Origin: a bacterium UBP14_UBA6098
GTDB lineage: Bacteria; UBP14; UBA6098
DNA length: 64,000 nucleotides
Direction of reading: 5' to 3'
Assembly: GCA_002428525.1 (NCBI GenBank)
Contig: DIWU01000014.1
Span: 16,637-80,636 of the forward strand
Shown here one piece after another: positions 63,998 through 64,000 of this stretch. Position numbers and translations under genes: made by a program. A model generated the notes under the pieces. The model was not told the DNA's origin and searched no databases. It was given only the letters and a program-made list of their open reading frames with translations. The first letter of the stretch is position 1, and each line of letters begins with the position of its first letter.

Positions 63998-64000
63998 CCT

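Noticed and set aside
1-64000. tRNA, rRNA or tmRNA genes
   Set aside because: A visual scan of the intergenic regions found no cloverleaf-compatible sequence with a GTTC-type T-loop and no rRNA-like stretches. Only RNase P RNA was identified.

Overview
This is a 64 kb, high-GC (roughly 58-60 % by eye) chromosomal segment from a diderm bacterium. T9SS/FlgD-Ig-type C-terminal sorting domains sit alongside a full Tol-Pal system, which suggests a non-proteobacterial (FCB-like or candidate-phylum) lineage; this is inference. The window is densely packed with housekeeping genes: lgt (partial), comF-like, yajC, def, fmt, rng, tolQ-tolR-tolA-tolB-pal-cpoB, two GT9 heptosyltransferases flanking gmhB, a radical-SAM enzyme, a cbpA-like J-protein, proS, nifU/iscU-mnmA, recJ, RNase P RNA (rnpB, minus strand, not in the ORF track), tgt, clpC, pta, umuDC, priA and an ABC-F ATPase. 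The accessory content is: (i) a five-gene minor-pilin/pseudopilin operon (37.2-41.2 kb) whose last gene is a PilX_N/GspK-like protein carrying an array of 16 CxxC motifs, 13 of them DnaJ-type CxxCxG[TS]G zinc-finger-like motifs; (ii) a downstream intergenic array of terminator-like hairpins interleaved with GGTTATG-type heptamer repeats; (iii) a family of at least five REP/MITE-like intergenic elements with conserved GGCGTCGG/CCGACGCC terminal inverted repeats and nested perfect hairpins; (iv) a 1796-aa T9SS-CTD adhesin-like protein co-operonic with a 915-aa double-OmpA-domain outer-membrane protein; (v) a secreted Ntn-hydrolase with a T9SS tail, an HD-GYP membrane protein, an FAD-oxidoreductase/[2Fe-2S] pair, and a candidate promoter-to-terminator sRNA upstream of the J-protein gene. 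No CRISPR, tRNA, rRNA, integrase or transposase was seen.
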